Assembly: GCF_004010195.1 (NCBI RefSeq)
Contig: NC_057751.1
Location: forward strand, 3,685,707-3,749,706
Origin: Chiloscyllium plagiosum
Taxonomy: Eukaryota
DNA length: 64,000 bases
Direction: 5' to 3'
Shown here: in pieces, positions 1-11,307 of the stretch
Layout of the letters: each line of letters begins with the position of its first letter
Numbering within the stretch: the stretch's first letter is position 1
Program-made: the position numbers and the translations under genes
The notes under the pieces: generated by a model
The model's database searches: none
The model's input: only the letters and a program-made list of their open reading frames with translations
What the model was told of the DNA's origin: nothing

Positions 1-599
1 GCGCATAAGAAAAAGCTTTTCAATATTCTTACGTTCTGTGCAAGGAAGAATATCTTGCTAGGTTGGGTATCAGAAAACCCCTCAGGCCTGTCAGGTTGGC
101 GGAAGATTGTTATGGACCATATCCCCCTGGATTTTCTCTCAAATATGGTACACCACAAAACTGAGAATTTTTACAAGACATGGCAGCCCTTTTTGAAATA
201 CCTGGACACAGATTTATCTGCCACACTAACAAGGGCTTTTATATAGCCGTAACGATTGTGTTTCATGAGTCCAATATCCAGGGAGGAGGAACTGTGAATG
301 TATGAGTGTTTTGTTTGGCTGGGCTGAGTTATTACTATTTATTTGTTTGTTGTTAGGTATTTATTTAGTTAGTTAAATAACTAGTATCGGGTTTTTAAAA
401 ATTTTATACTTCTCTATATATGTTTATACATTCGTATAGGAGGGTGGGTTGGGGAATTTTTTTTATTCTTTGGGTTTCTTTTTGTACTTTTTTTTCTACT
501 ATTTGTACTATTTTTGTACTGTTTTGAATTGCATTGTTTTGTATTTGTTGTAATATTTAAAAATCTATTTTTTCTTAATAAAAATATATTATAAAAAAA
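1..599 (+). mobile_element. L1-clade LINE 3' end (ORF2 C-terminus, T-rich 3' UTR, poly-A)
   Basis: Frame ending at 246 reads ...CARKNILLGWVSENP...W...F.KTWQPFLKYL*, resembling the fish L1 ORF2 C-terminus. It is followed by a T-rich UTR, AATAAA at 577-582 and an A-run at 593-599. Confidence 0.75.
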
Positions 600-1299
600 G
601 GACACGTGCATCAATGTCAAGGAAACACAAGTATTTCCAAATTGCTCTACATAACACACAGTGCTGTATTTACCATGCACCTTCATAGCAGCTGGGTCAA
701 GGTGTTAAAATTCACTAACGGAGAGCACTGTTAGCTCAAGGACTACAATGGATTTTAAAAAGGTTCACCATCTGACAACTGGAGATGAACAATATTGTTG
801 GACTGTCAATAATGACAAAGATACAATGCCCAAATCTCAAGAACGAATATTCATAAAGTCTTCATTTAAAGTTATGATTGCATTTCTTAAAGTCAAGAAT
901 TTAAGTGAAACAATGTTAAGAGAAGCATGCTTTCCCTTCAGGCTCAATGGTAAATCTATGGTTAAGTTCTTTCAGACATTGCTAACCCAGAAAAGCCATT
1001 GTAGTTGAAGTGAATTGTTGGCATTGTGGTGCTTTTGTCTCTTTTTCTGGGGGTACTCTTTTCTGCTCTCTTTTGTGCCTGATATTACTACAAACCCAGG
1101 AGTGGGAAACTGAGGAGGCTCCAGGTTTTTCCAGTGATAGTTCCTGTCTCCAGGCCCTGCTACGTGATTGTGCAAAGCCCCAGGGCTAGGTTTTGACACC
1201 AAATTTCTCAAATGCAGCAGGGAGGCCAAATGCATAACTCACTGACAGCAAACAACACTCACCTCTGAGCTTAACTGTTTGCTCCAATAATTTCTGTAA

Positions 1300-2295
1300 A
1301 TCTGTTGGACAGAATTTACATGTGTTTGGAAAGGCAAGGACTGATTACAGATCATCAGCATGACTTTGTGCATGGGAAATCATGTCTCACTAACTTGATG
1401 GAGTTTTTTGAAGAGGTGACAAAGAAGATTGATGAAGGCAGAGTGGTAAACATAATCTACATGGACTTCAGCCAAGTGTTCCACAAGGTACCGCAGGATG
1501 ACTGGTTAGCAAGGTTACATTGCATGAAATCGAGGGAGTACAAGCCAACTGGATACCAAATTGGCTTGACAGTGAGAGGCAGAGTATGATGGTGGTGGAC
1601 GGTTGTTTTTCAGATTGGAGGCCTGTGAACATTTGTGTGCCACAAGAATCAGTGCTAGGTCCACTGCTTTTCATCAATTATATCGAAGATTTGGATGTGA
1701 ATCCAGGAGATTAAGCTAGGAAGTTTGCAGATGACATCAAATTTGGTGGTGTAGTGTACAGTAAAGAAGATTATCTCAGCATACAATAGAACCTTGATCA
1801 GCTGGGCCAATGCCTGAGGAGTGACAGATGGAGTTTAATTTTGATAAATGTGAGGTGCTGCATTTTGGCAAGGCAAACCAATGCAGGACTTATATAGTTA
1901 ATGCTAGGGCTGTGGGGAATGTTGCCAAAGAAAGAGACCTTGGGGTGCAGATGCAAAATTCTTTGAAAGTGGAGTCACAGGTGGACAGGATGGTGAAGAA
2001 AGTATTTGGCACGCTTGTCTTCATTGGTCAGAATGTTAAATATAGGGGTTGGGATATCATGTTGCGGTTGTCCAGGGCATTGGTGAGGCCACTTTTGGAA
2101 TACTGACTCAATTCTGGTTGCCCTTCTCTTGGAAAGATATTGAAACTTGAGGGGGTGCAGAAAAAATTTGCAAGGATGTTACCAAGACTGGGTGGGGGGT
2201 TCAGCTAATGGGAGAGGCTGAATAAACTGGGACTCTCTTCCCCAGAGCATCAGAGACTGAGAGATGACTTTAAAGTGGTTTACAAAATCATGAGG
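1300..2295 (+). mobile_element. CR1 LINE reverse-transcriptase fragment (frameshifted)
   Basis: Motifs [66 protein letters not shown] and LVRPLLEY. Confidence 0.95.
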
Positions 2296-3167
2296 CAATT
2301 CCAATACGAATGCACAACTTGCATGCTGACAATGCATAAAATGAAAATGGTTAAAGAGAAATACAGACCCCAAAATAATTAATGTTAAATAAGATGACAT
2401 GAAATTAGACAACTAAATGCAAGGACTCATTTAAAGACTGCAAGATTTTGGGGAAAAAAACATTTGATGCAAGTCACTCCTGAACCCTGTACACAGTTTT
2501 TTGCAAGTGTTTCAAAGCAGAGCTGGTTGACATGTGGGGTCAAACTGGTTGGCTGCCCAGAGAGTGGCACACGCACTGAAATGAATTAAGCCTGCAAACT
2601 CAATACTAAATTCTTTAGTCGCAATGATAGTACTTCGACAATATTTTCTCCCAAGTTTAATTTCCTAAGGTCTCGTGCATCTAACTGTAACTTCAAATAG
2701 TGTTGGAGATAAAAATGAGTCTTTGTGAGGTTCTGATGACATGGCCTTTGTAACAACTTTAACTATACCTTCCAATTATAAGAGATAAATTGAACATCTA
2801 ATCTGATTGTGAAGCATATGATCTGAAACTTTATTGTTAGATTCCAATTAGAATTTCAATTATTCAAATAGCCTTCAATTGGGGCATCAGAAACCAGGAT
2901 TTATATGTGAACATCACAATGGTGAAGGAACTGAAAAGTGAAGAATAAGTTTTGCAAATGTAAGGATTAAACACATGATTTAATGTTGAGATTTGAAGGA
3001 TGAAAAGACTGGAGTGAAAATAAAGTGAAGAGAAATTGTGAAGTAACAATGGCAAATATGCAGAGATAAGGCTCATGAGAGGTTTTAAAAAGCAAAAATG
3101 TGTTGCTGAAAAAGAGTCATGCTGTCAAAGTTTTTGATGTGACACTCATCAAGACAGAATTATAAAA

Positions 3168-3510
3168 AAATCTGTGAAAAAGAGCTTCCTCATTTCCCAT
3201 CCGACCCCCCAACATTATACCAGTCCCAAGCCATCAACTCGGCACCGCCCTCCAGATCCATCCATCACTCCCCCCCAACCTATCACCTTCTCTCTCACTT
3301 TCATCCACCTATCACTTCCCCAGTATCTTCCCACCATCCCACCCCACTCCCATTTATCTCACAGCCCCGACACACAAGCCTCATTCCTGATGAAGGACTT
3401 ATGCCCGAAACATCAATTCTCCTGCTCCTCGAATGTTGCCTGACCTGCTGTGCACCCCAGCATTAGACTCTCGACTCTGATCTCCAGCATCTGCAGTCCT
3501 CACTTTCTCC
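3168..3510 (+). mobile_element. Penelope-like element 3' terminal repeat (family A) with hammerhead motif
   Basis: C-rich UTR, CTGATGA-aggacttatgccc-GAAAC-atc at 3387-3414 and a conserved tail ending cactttctcc. Flanked by the near-direct repeat cagaatt(a/g)taaaa at 3155-3167 and 3511-3523. Confidence 0.8.
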
Positions 3511-3551
3511 CAGAATTGTAAAAGTACCAAATTTTAAAGAGAACACCAATT

Positions 3552-4177
3552 TGTTATGGACCAGAACCCCTCAAAATATTTTAGGATTGCAGTCTTGACT
3601 CTAATTTTTTCTTATTTTAAAGTTAATTGTAAATTGCTGTGCTCCAGATGCAATTCAACTTGTCAAACTACTCAACATTAAATAAAACACCATTTGTTCA
3701 ACACAATAGTTAAAATACAACAAAAGAAAGAACTTAGACGAACTTAACTCACTTGGAAAACTTGACAGAATAATAGATCCAGTAACTATTACTAATTAAC
3801 TGTTCAAATATAGTAACATCCCAAAAAACGATCCCTTGGCAAAAGACAAATTCAGAAAACAAATGTTGTCTCACGTTCAATCCAGCAGCTGAGGAAGAGA
3901 ACCCCCAGCTTCTGTTTGTAACTGAGAAAGGGAAGAGGTAGCTTCTACTCCTTTAAAACATCAGCTGCTTCTGCTGAACTGAAAGAAAACCCCAGAAATC
4001 CTGGTCTGTAAGAGCTGGCCACACTCATCCAGGCTACTTCTATTGTTCCAACATAAAAAAAAACCATGCCCTCACAAGCTGTTTACATTACCACAGGTAG
4101 CTTGGCACCTCTCAGTTATCTGTCTCTTAAAAGAAACCAAGATAAAATACACCTCTTAAAGTCACAGCATCATCACA
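3552..4177 (-). mobile_element. Solo LTR (probably Gypsy-type)
   Basis: About 625 bp bounded by TGTTATG...CATCACA (TG..CA with short imperfect inverted ends) and non-coding. It interrupts another repeat, with a possible 4-bp 'attt' duplication. Strand is tentative. Confidence 0.6.
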
Positions 4178-4369
4178 ATTTAATTGCATGAGTAGAAGGC
4201 GCTAAGAAGATTAGCAAGTGGACTATGATTGGTAGAACGTACAAGGGAACAATTAATTGCCAAGTTTGTGTTAAATGGAAAGAAGATATAATGAGACAAA
4301 AAGAGGATTGTTAACTCTTTCAAAAATTGGGAAAATATTCAATGTGCACAATACAAGCAGCCACAAGCT

Positions 4370-5150
4370 TATTTCAATGTTTCCTCATGCCAGAGTTGGC
4401 TGCCATGGACCTCCACCTGTTCTGTCCCCTGCAACTCTCACATATTCAACATTGGTCAATAAATAAATTTGCTATATCCATCTCTATTTTCTTCTCTGTT
4501 TCTCTCTTCAATGTTTTCTACTGAGTTTGCCTTCTAACAACTGTCTTTTCCGCTGCCTGTTCTGATGTGACCCAGATAATGTATCTTTCTCTCTGATATT
4601 AAGCATTAACTTCCCCTTTTCTTCAGCCATTTCAAGTACTTCCTCATTCATCCTTGTGTCGGATATGCAAAACATGTTCATATCTCGACTGCATTCAGTT
4701 TCATCTTTTTGTTTGTTGTTTCTCAGGCACTTCACATGAATAACAAGATGTAGAAGCTCTGTAATCATTTTGTGACATTCAAGTTCACTTTCTTTGATGT
4801 CAACACAACTTTCATTCTGAAAAAGTCGGTCTTGACTATTTCACTTTTCTTGTGAATTTCATAACATATTGTTTGTTATTATGTGAAGTTATGTCACTTC
4901 ATACAGGACTTGTCCGCTTACTTCATCTTCCATTTTCAGAGTTAGTTCTCTGCTTCTCACCATTGTCTTGGTCTTCTTTACATTTCTTCGAAACCAATTT
5001 TGCTCACTCTTTGCTTTCGTTTGGTTGACAATTTTCTTCAGTGCATCTTCTGACTCTGCAATCAGTGCTGTGTCATTGTTCATACTGCTGAGGTTGAACC
5101 CTCCAGTGATTCAACCTGGAAGATCCTCCATGTCTCTGAGGATTATAAAG
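4370..5150 (-). mobile_element. RTE-clade LINE, degraded RT and C-terminus
   Basis: DTALIAESEDALKKIV...NVKKTKTMV (post-YADD region) and RMNEEVLEMA...RQLLEGK are typical of the RTE/BovB ORF C-terminal half. Confidence 0.8.
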
Positions 5151-6331
5151 ACTGTATCTTTCTATTTTTCTGCAAATTTGATTGCAGACTGCTTTAAATC
5201 CAAGGATTATGGAAGGGAATGCTGAACATTTTCAAAGTAAGTTTCTGAAACCTATTGGAAGTGGTATTTACACTGATTCTTTATTCAACGAGTTTGGAAG
5301 GCTCCCATAGTTGAGCTGGCACCAGGAGGTATGTACAAAGTGAGATTCGGCTGGTGACAGGTTTGTAGAGCTGTGATCAGCTGTGGATGGCAAAAGCATT
5401 TGTTTTCTCCCGTCAATTGATGTAACCTGTTGCTTTCTTCCACTAAGTCAGAGACTTTACAATTTACGAACTAGTCACTCTGTGTCTCCTGCAAGGAAGT
5501 GAAAAGTACATAGAGAAGGGAAATTGAATATCAGGAAGTCCTGGCAAGCAGTAGGATGCCTCAATGAACCCTGTGGACAGGAACCATTAAACTGCCTTCC
5601 CAGTTTTCCCTTCCATCCATAGCATCAATGTTGTTTGTGTGTCCATATTTGTGTGTGTACAGTGAGTTTTGTAAGGGGGTCAGGCTTTTAGCTAGTAGAG
5701 TTATATGTAACATTTCTTCTAAGCTGGGCAGCTGCTCCAAGGTTCTGTGCATGTCAATCACTGAGACACTATATTTACTTCCTGTTTTAGAAGTCGAGGC
5801 CATGCAAGGATTTCAGAGATCCAGGTACTAAACAAGAATGATGTATTGGTCATATTGATAGTTCATAGTTTTTTTTATCTGTAGCTAGAATCTATTTATT
5901 TGTCATTAATTGAAATCCTTGTTCAGTGCAAAAATATGGTCTGTATTTTCTGTTAACCTTGGTCAACAAAAACTGCTAAATTGGAGCCATTGCTTACTTT
6001 GATATAATCTTTAACTTTTGTGATGACTCCAGGAACAGTGAGGACCAGGAGGACCAGTGCCAAAAACGTACAACCCAGATGTCCTCCTTCTTCAAGGACC
6101 GCAATTTCCCCCCCGACGTGGTCGACAATGCCCTCCACCGCATCTCTTCCACTTCCCGCTCCTCCGCCCTTGAGCCCCGCCCCTCCAACCGCCACCAGGA
6201 CAGAACCCCACTGGTCCTCACCTACCACCCCACCAATCTCCATGTACAGCGCATCATCCGCCGTCATTTCCGCTACCTCCAAACGGACCCCACCACCAAG
6301 GATATATTTCCCTCCCCTCCCCTAACAGCAT

Positions 6332-6509
6332 NNNNNNNNNNNNNNNNNNNNNNNNNNNNNNNNNNNNNNNNNNNNNNNNNNNNNNNNNNNNNNNNNNNNN
6401 NNNNNNNNNNNNNNNNNNNNNNNNNNNNNNNNNNNNNNNNNNNNNNNNNNNNNNNNNNNNNNNNNNNNNNNNNNNNNNNNNNNNNNNNNNNNNNNNNNNN
6501 NNNNNNNNN
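6332..6509. other. Assembly gap (178 N)
   Basis: Run of N. Confidence 1.
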
Positions 6510-6786
6510 CGCCTCATCTTCCGCCTAGGAACCCTCCAACCACAAGGGATGAACTCGGATTTCACCAGTTTCCTCATTTCCCCTCCCCCCACCTTGTCTC
6601 AGTCAAATCCATCGAATTCAGCACCGCCTTCCTAACCTGCAATCTTCTTCCTGACCTCTCTGCCCCCACCCCAGTCTGACCTATCACCCTCACCTTGACC
6701 TCTTTCCACCTATCGCATTTCCGATGCCCCTCCCCCAAGTCCATCCTCCCTACCTTTTATCTTAGCCTGCTGGACAAACTTTCCTC

Positions 6787-6822
6787 ATTCCTGAAGAAGG
6801 GCTTACGCCCGAAACGTCGATT
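6787..6822 (+). ncRNA. Minimal type I hammerhead ribozyme motif (best-preserved core)
   Basis: CTGAAGA (6791-6797), extra A, stem II GGGC-ttac-GCCC, GAAA (6811-6814) and C-GTC (to 6818). The palindromic ACGT stem III fits the dimeric minimal hammerheads of PLEs. Stem I is weak. Confidence 0.7.
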
Positions 6823-6884
6823 CTCCTGTTCCCTGGATGCTGCCTGATCTGCTGCACCTTTCCAGCAACACATTTTCAGCTCTA

Positions 6885-7028
6885 TCTATGTGAAGCAAAC
6901 TCCAAAGAATTATATCCCTGAAGCCCGAGATCCCTCTGTTCTACAATACTAACCAAGGTCCTACCATGAATTGTGTAAGTCCTATGCCGAGTTGTTGTAG
7001 CAAAATGCAATACGTCGCATTTATCCAC
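6885..7028 (-). mobile_element. CR1 RT C-terminal fragment, inverted relative to the adjacent 3' end
   Basis: VDKCDVLHFA...TYTIHGRTL...EQRDLGLQ. Confidence 0.85.
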
Positions 7029-7396
7029 AGAGAGATTTACAAAATTATGAGGGGCATGGATAGGGTAAATAGGCAAAGTCTTTTCCATGAGGTCGGAGAG
7101 TCCAGAACTAGAGGACATAGGTTTAGGGTGAGAGGGGAAAAATATAAAAGAGACCTACGGGGCAACTTCTTCACTCAGAGGGTGGTACATGAATGGAATG
7201 AGCTGCCAGAGGAAGTGGTAGAGGCTCGTACAATTGCAAAATTTAAAAGACATTTGGATGGGAATATGAATAGGAACGGTTTGGACGGATATGGGTGACG
7301 TGCTGGCAGGTGGGACTAGATTAGATTAGGATATCTGGTCGGCATGGACAGGTTGGACTGAATGGTCTGTTTCCATGCTGTATATCTCTATGACTC
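7029..7396 (+). mobile_element. CR1 3' end with tail
   Basis: EIYKIMRGMDRV...RGNFFTQRVVHEWNELPEEVV...FKRHLD, then the CR1 3' UTR ending ctctatgactct. Confidence 0.95.
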
Positions 7397-9396
7397 TGCA
7401 ACTTGCCCACCACCGACGTCAGGCTCACTGGTCTATAGTTCCCTGGCTTGTCCTTACCACCCTTCTTAAACAGTGGCACCACATTTGTCAACCTCCAGTC
7501 TTTCAGCACCTCACCTGTGACAATCGATGATACAAATATCTCAGCAAGAGGCCCAGCAATCACTTCTCTAGCTTCCCACAGAGTTCTCGGGTACTCCTGA
7601 TCAGGTCCTGGGGATTTATCCATCTTTACGCGTTTCAAGACATCCAGCACTTCCTCCTTTGTAATATGGACAGTTTGCAAGATGTCACCATCTACTTCCC
7701 TGCAGTCTGTATCTTCTATATCCTTTTCCACAGTAAATACTGATGCAAAATACTCATTAAGTATCACCCCCAGTTTCTGCGGCTCCATACAAAGGCCACC
7801 TTACTAATCTTTGAGGGACCCTATTCTCTCCCTAGTTACCCTTTTGTCCTTGATGTATTTGTAAAAACCCTTTGGATTCTCCTTAATTCTATTTGCCAAA
7901 GCTATCTCATCTACTCTTTTTGCCCTCCTGACTTCCCTCGGGAGTATACTCCTACTTCCTTAATACCCTTCTCGGGATTCACTTGATCTATCCTGTCTAT
8001 ACCTGACATATGCTTCCTTCTTTTTCTTAACCAAACCCTTAATTTCTTTAGTCATCCACCATTCCCTATACCTACCAGCCTTTCCTTTCACCCTAACAAG
8101 AATATACTTTCTCTGGATTCTCGTTATCTCATTTCTGAAGGCTTCCCATTTTCCAGCCGTCCCTTTACCTGCAAACGTCTGTCCCCAATCAGCTTTCAAA
8201 AGTTCTTGCCTAATATCATCAAAATTAGCCTTCCTCCAATTTAGAAGTTTAATTATTCGATCCAGTCTATCCTTTTCCATCACTATTTTAAATCTAATAG
8301 AATTATGCTCACTGGCCCCAAAGGGCTCCGCCACTGACACCTCAGTCACCTGCCCTGCCTTATTTCCCAAGAGTAGGTCAAGTTTTGCACCTTCTCTAGT
8401 AGGTATATCCACATACTGAATCAAAAAATTTTCTTGTACACGCTTAAGAAATTCCTCTCTCTGTAAACCCTTAACATTATGACAGTCCCAGACTATGTTT
8501 GGAAAGTTAAAATCCCCTACCATAACCACCCTATTATTCTTACAGAGAGCCGAGATCTCCTTACAAATTTGTTTCTGACTTTCCCTCTGACTATTAGGGG
8601 GTCTATAATACAAGCCCAATAAGGTGATCATCCCTTTCTTATTTCTCAGTTCCACCCAAATAACTTCCCTGGATGTATTTCCAGGAATACCCTCCCTCAG
8701 CACAGCTGTAATGCTATCCCTTATCAAAAATGCCACTCCCCCTCATCTCTTGCCTCCCTTTCTATCCTTCCTGTAGCATTTGTATCCGGGAACATTAAGC
8801 TGTCAGTCCGGCCCATCCCTGAGCCATGTTTCTGTAATTGCTGTGATATCCCAGTCCCATGATCCTAACCATGCCCTGAGTTCATTGCCTTCCCTGTTAG
8901 GCCCTTTGCACTGAAATAAATGCAGTTTAATTTATTAGTCCTACCTGCCCTGACTATTTGACTCACTTCTGTTCTCAACTGTACCAGTCTCAGATTGATC
9001 TCTTTCCTCACTATCTCCCTGGGTCCCACCTCCCGACCTTACTAGTTTCAATCCTCCCGAGCAGCTCTTGCAGATTTCCCTGACAGTATATTAGTCCCCT
9101 TCCAATTTAGGTGCAATCTGTCCTTCTTATACAGGTCACTTCTACCCCAAAAGAGATTCCAATGATCCAAAAATGTGAATCTTTCTCCCATACACCAGCT
9201 CCTCAGCCATGCATTCATCTGCTCTATCCTCCTATTCCTGCCCTCACTAGCTTGTAGCACCAGGGGTAGTCAGATATTACTACTCTCGAGGACCTCCTTT
9301 TTAAATTCCTGCCTAACTCTCTGTAATCTCTCTTCAGAATCTCAACCTTTTCCCTTCCTATGTCATTGCTTCCAATGTGGACAATGACCTTTTGCT

Positions 9397-9955
9397 CGGA
9401 GAAAGTGAGGACTGCAGATGCTGGAGATCAGAGCTGAAAATGTGTTACTGGAAAAGCGCAGCAGGTCAGGCAGCATCCAAGGAACCTCCTCTATATTGGG
9501 GAGACAGGCCGCCTACTTGCGGAACGTTTCAGAGAACACTTCTGGAACACCCGGACCAACCAACCCAACCACCCCGTAGCTCAACACTTCAACTCCCCCT
9601 CCCAGTCCAAGGACATGCAGGTCCTTGGACTCCTCCATCGCCAGACCATACCAACACAACGGCTGGAGGAAGAGCACCTCATCTTCCGCCTAGGAACCCT
9701 CCAACTACAAGGGATGAACTCAGATTTCTCCAGTTTCCTCATTTCCCCTCCCCTCACCTTGTTTCAATCCCAACCCTCGAACTCAGCACCACCTTCCTAA
9801 CCTGCAATCTTCTTCCTGACCTCCTTAACCTCCTTCCACCTTAACCTCCTTCCATTTCCAACGCCCCTCCCCCAAGTCCCTCCTCCCTATCTTTTATCTT
9901 AGCCTGTTTGGCACACTCTCCTCATTCCTGAAGAAGGGCTCTTGCCCAAAATGTC
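9397..9955 (+). mobile_element. Penelope-like insertion: inverted pLTR tail, GIY-YIG C-terminus and pLTR ending at the hammerhead GUC
   Basis: LYIGETGRLLAERFREH (GIY-YIG) from about 9487 and LEEEHLIFRLGTLQ. Inverted tail at 9397-9484. 15-bp TSD caatgaccttttgct at 9382-9396 and 9955-9969. Confidence 0.92.
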
Positions 9956-10877
9956 AATGACCTTTTGCTGGCCCCTCTCCCCCGTGCGAACATTCTGCAC
10001 CCTCTCTGAGATATCCTTGATCCTGGCAAGCAGGAAGCAACACCCCATTCTACTTTTTCGCTGCTGGCCACAGAAACGCCTGTCTGTACCTCGGACTACA
10101 GAATCCCTGAACAAAATTGATCTCTGGAACCCGACGTACCGCTCATTGCATGAGAGCCAGTCTCAAGACCAGAAACTTGGCTATTAGTGCTACGTTCCTC
10201 TGAGATTCCATCACCCCTACATTTTCCAAAACAGCACACCTGTTTGAAATGGGTATTGCCATAAAAGACTCCTGCCTTAGGTGCCGACCTCTCTCACCCT
10301 TCCTGGAGTTAACCCATCTATGTGACTGTATCTGACAGTTTGCCCCCTTCCTATAACTGCCATCCATCACATACTGTTGCTGTTGCAAATTCCTCATCGC
10401 TTCTAACTGTCTCTCCAACCAACCCATTCGATCTGATAAGATCCGCAACCAACAGCATTTATGGCAGGTATAATCCGCAGTAACCCTTAAACTCTCTTTA
10501 AACTCCCACATCTGACAAGAAGTACATATAACTCTACTAAAGACCATTTTTGCTCCTTCACAATCTACAGACCCAGAAAATGACACCGTCTTATTCCTCT
10601 ACAAACACTGCCCCAGGTTAAATGAATAGTTATGGCTTATATTTTAATCAAGAGATATATCTCCAAAAACATAATCAAGAAATAACCCACTCTACTCACT
10701 ACTGCAGACTTTCTGTAGGCCACACTTAAAACAACGATTAACTTATCTGATTCTGTGCTGTGAACTTCGCCCAACAGTTCCTCCAAGATCAGTTGTGAAT
10801 TTCACTGTTTGTTAATTTTGCCAGATGCACTCCGACATCCAGTGATACATGAATTCAGACAGCAAAGGGCAGTGTCA

Positions 10878-10912
10878 GTTTCTTTCTTTCTTTCTCTCTC
10901 TCTTTCTCTCTC
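10878..10912 (+). repeat. (CTTT)n/(CT)n microsatellite within the CR1 5' UTR
   Basis: tttctttctttctttctctctctctttctctctc. Confidence 0.85.
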
Positions 10913-11159
10913 CTGCACTGACCTCACCATGTGCTTCCTTCTTCTGTCCTTCTCCCTTTTAAAACTGCAGTTGTTTTGACGTTTTTTTCCAAAGTTCCAA
11001 AACAGTGCAACAGCATATGAAACAGTAATTGCTGCTCCTGGAATTCGAGGAAATCACCTCCAGCACCTAAAATACCTCAAAAAAGGAGCAGCTTTTTTCC
11101 AGAAATTTTTCCCGTCCTCCATCTTGGATTACCCAGAATCCTTCCTTACTTGGTCCTAA

Positions 11160-11260
11160 CACAAAAATCGAAATTGTTGGAAAATCTAAGCAGATCTTAC
11201 AGTATCTGCAGAGAGAAATCAGAGGTAACATTTTGGGTTCATTGACCCTTCTTCAGAACA
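11160..11260 (-). mobile_element. Short PLE terminal-repeat fragment with decayed hammerhead
   Basis: The reverse complement reads gtt-CTGAAGA-a-gggtcaatgaaccc-AAAAT-GTT, followed by a PLE-type tail. Confidence 0.6.
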
Positions 11261-11307
11261 TCATTCATCAGAAACCTTTTGTTTTTTTGTCCTTATTTTG
11301 TACTGCT

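Larger units (their letters stand above)
3100..4330 (-). mobile_element. Old Penelope-like terminal repeat (family C), split by two later insertions
   Basis: The reverse complement of 3110-3157 reads ctgtc-TTGATGA-gtgtcacatc-AAAAA-cttt-gacag, a decayed hammerhead with a ctgtc/gacag stem. The sequence appears to resume at 3524-3551 and 4178-4330. Confidence 0.5.
6044..6883 (+). mobile_element. Penelope-like element 3' part (RT-GIY-YIG linker, C-terminus, pLTR), contains N gap
   Basis: MSSFFKDRNFPPDVVDNALHRIS...RTPLVLTYHPTNLHVQRIIRRHF, then after the gap LIFRLGTLQPQGMNSDF, a C-rich UTR and the hammerhead-bearing tail. Confidence 0.9.
7397..11143 (-). mobile_element. CR1 LINE 5' half: 5' UTR, ORF1 (zinc finger, coiled coil, SGNH esterase), ORF2 APE endonuclease and RT start
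   Basis: ORF1 shows CTSCQMWE...CHKC, DSVVRGTDRRFCG and DRLHLNWKG. ORF2 shows YYRPPNS, MVGDFNFPNI, LDLLLGN, SEHNSIRF, KSPGPD and NYRPVSLTSVVGKL. Interrupted by a PLE at 9397-9955. Confidence 0.95.
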
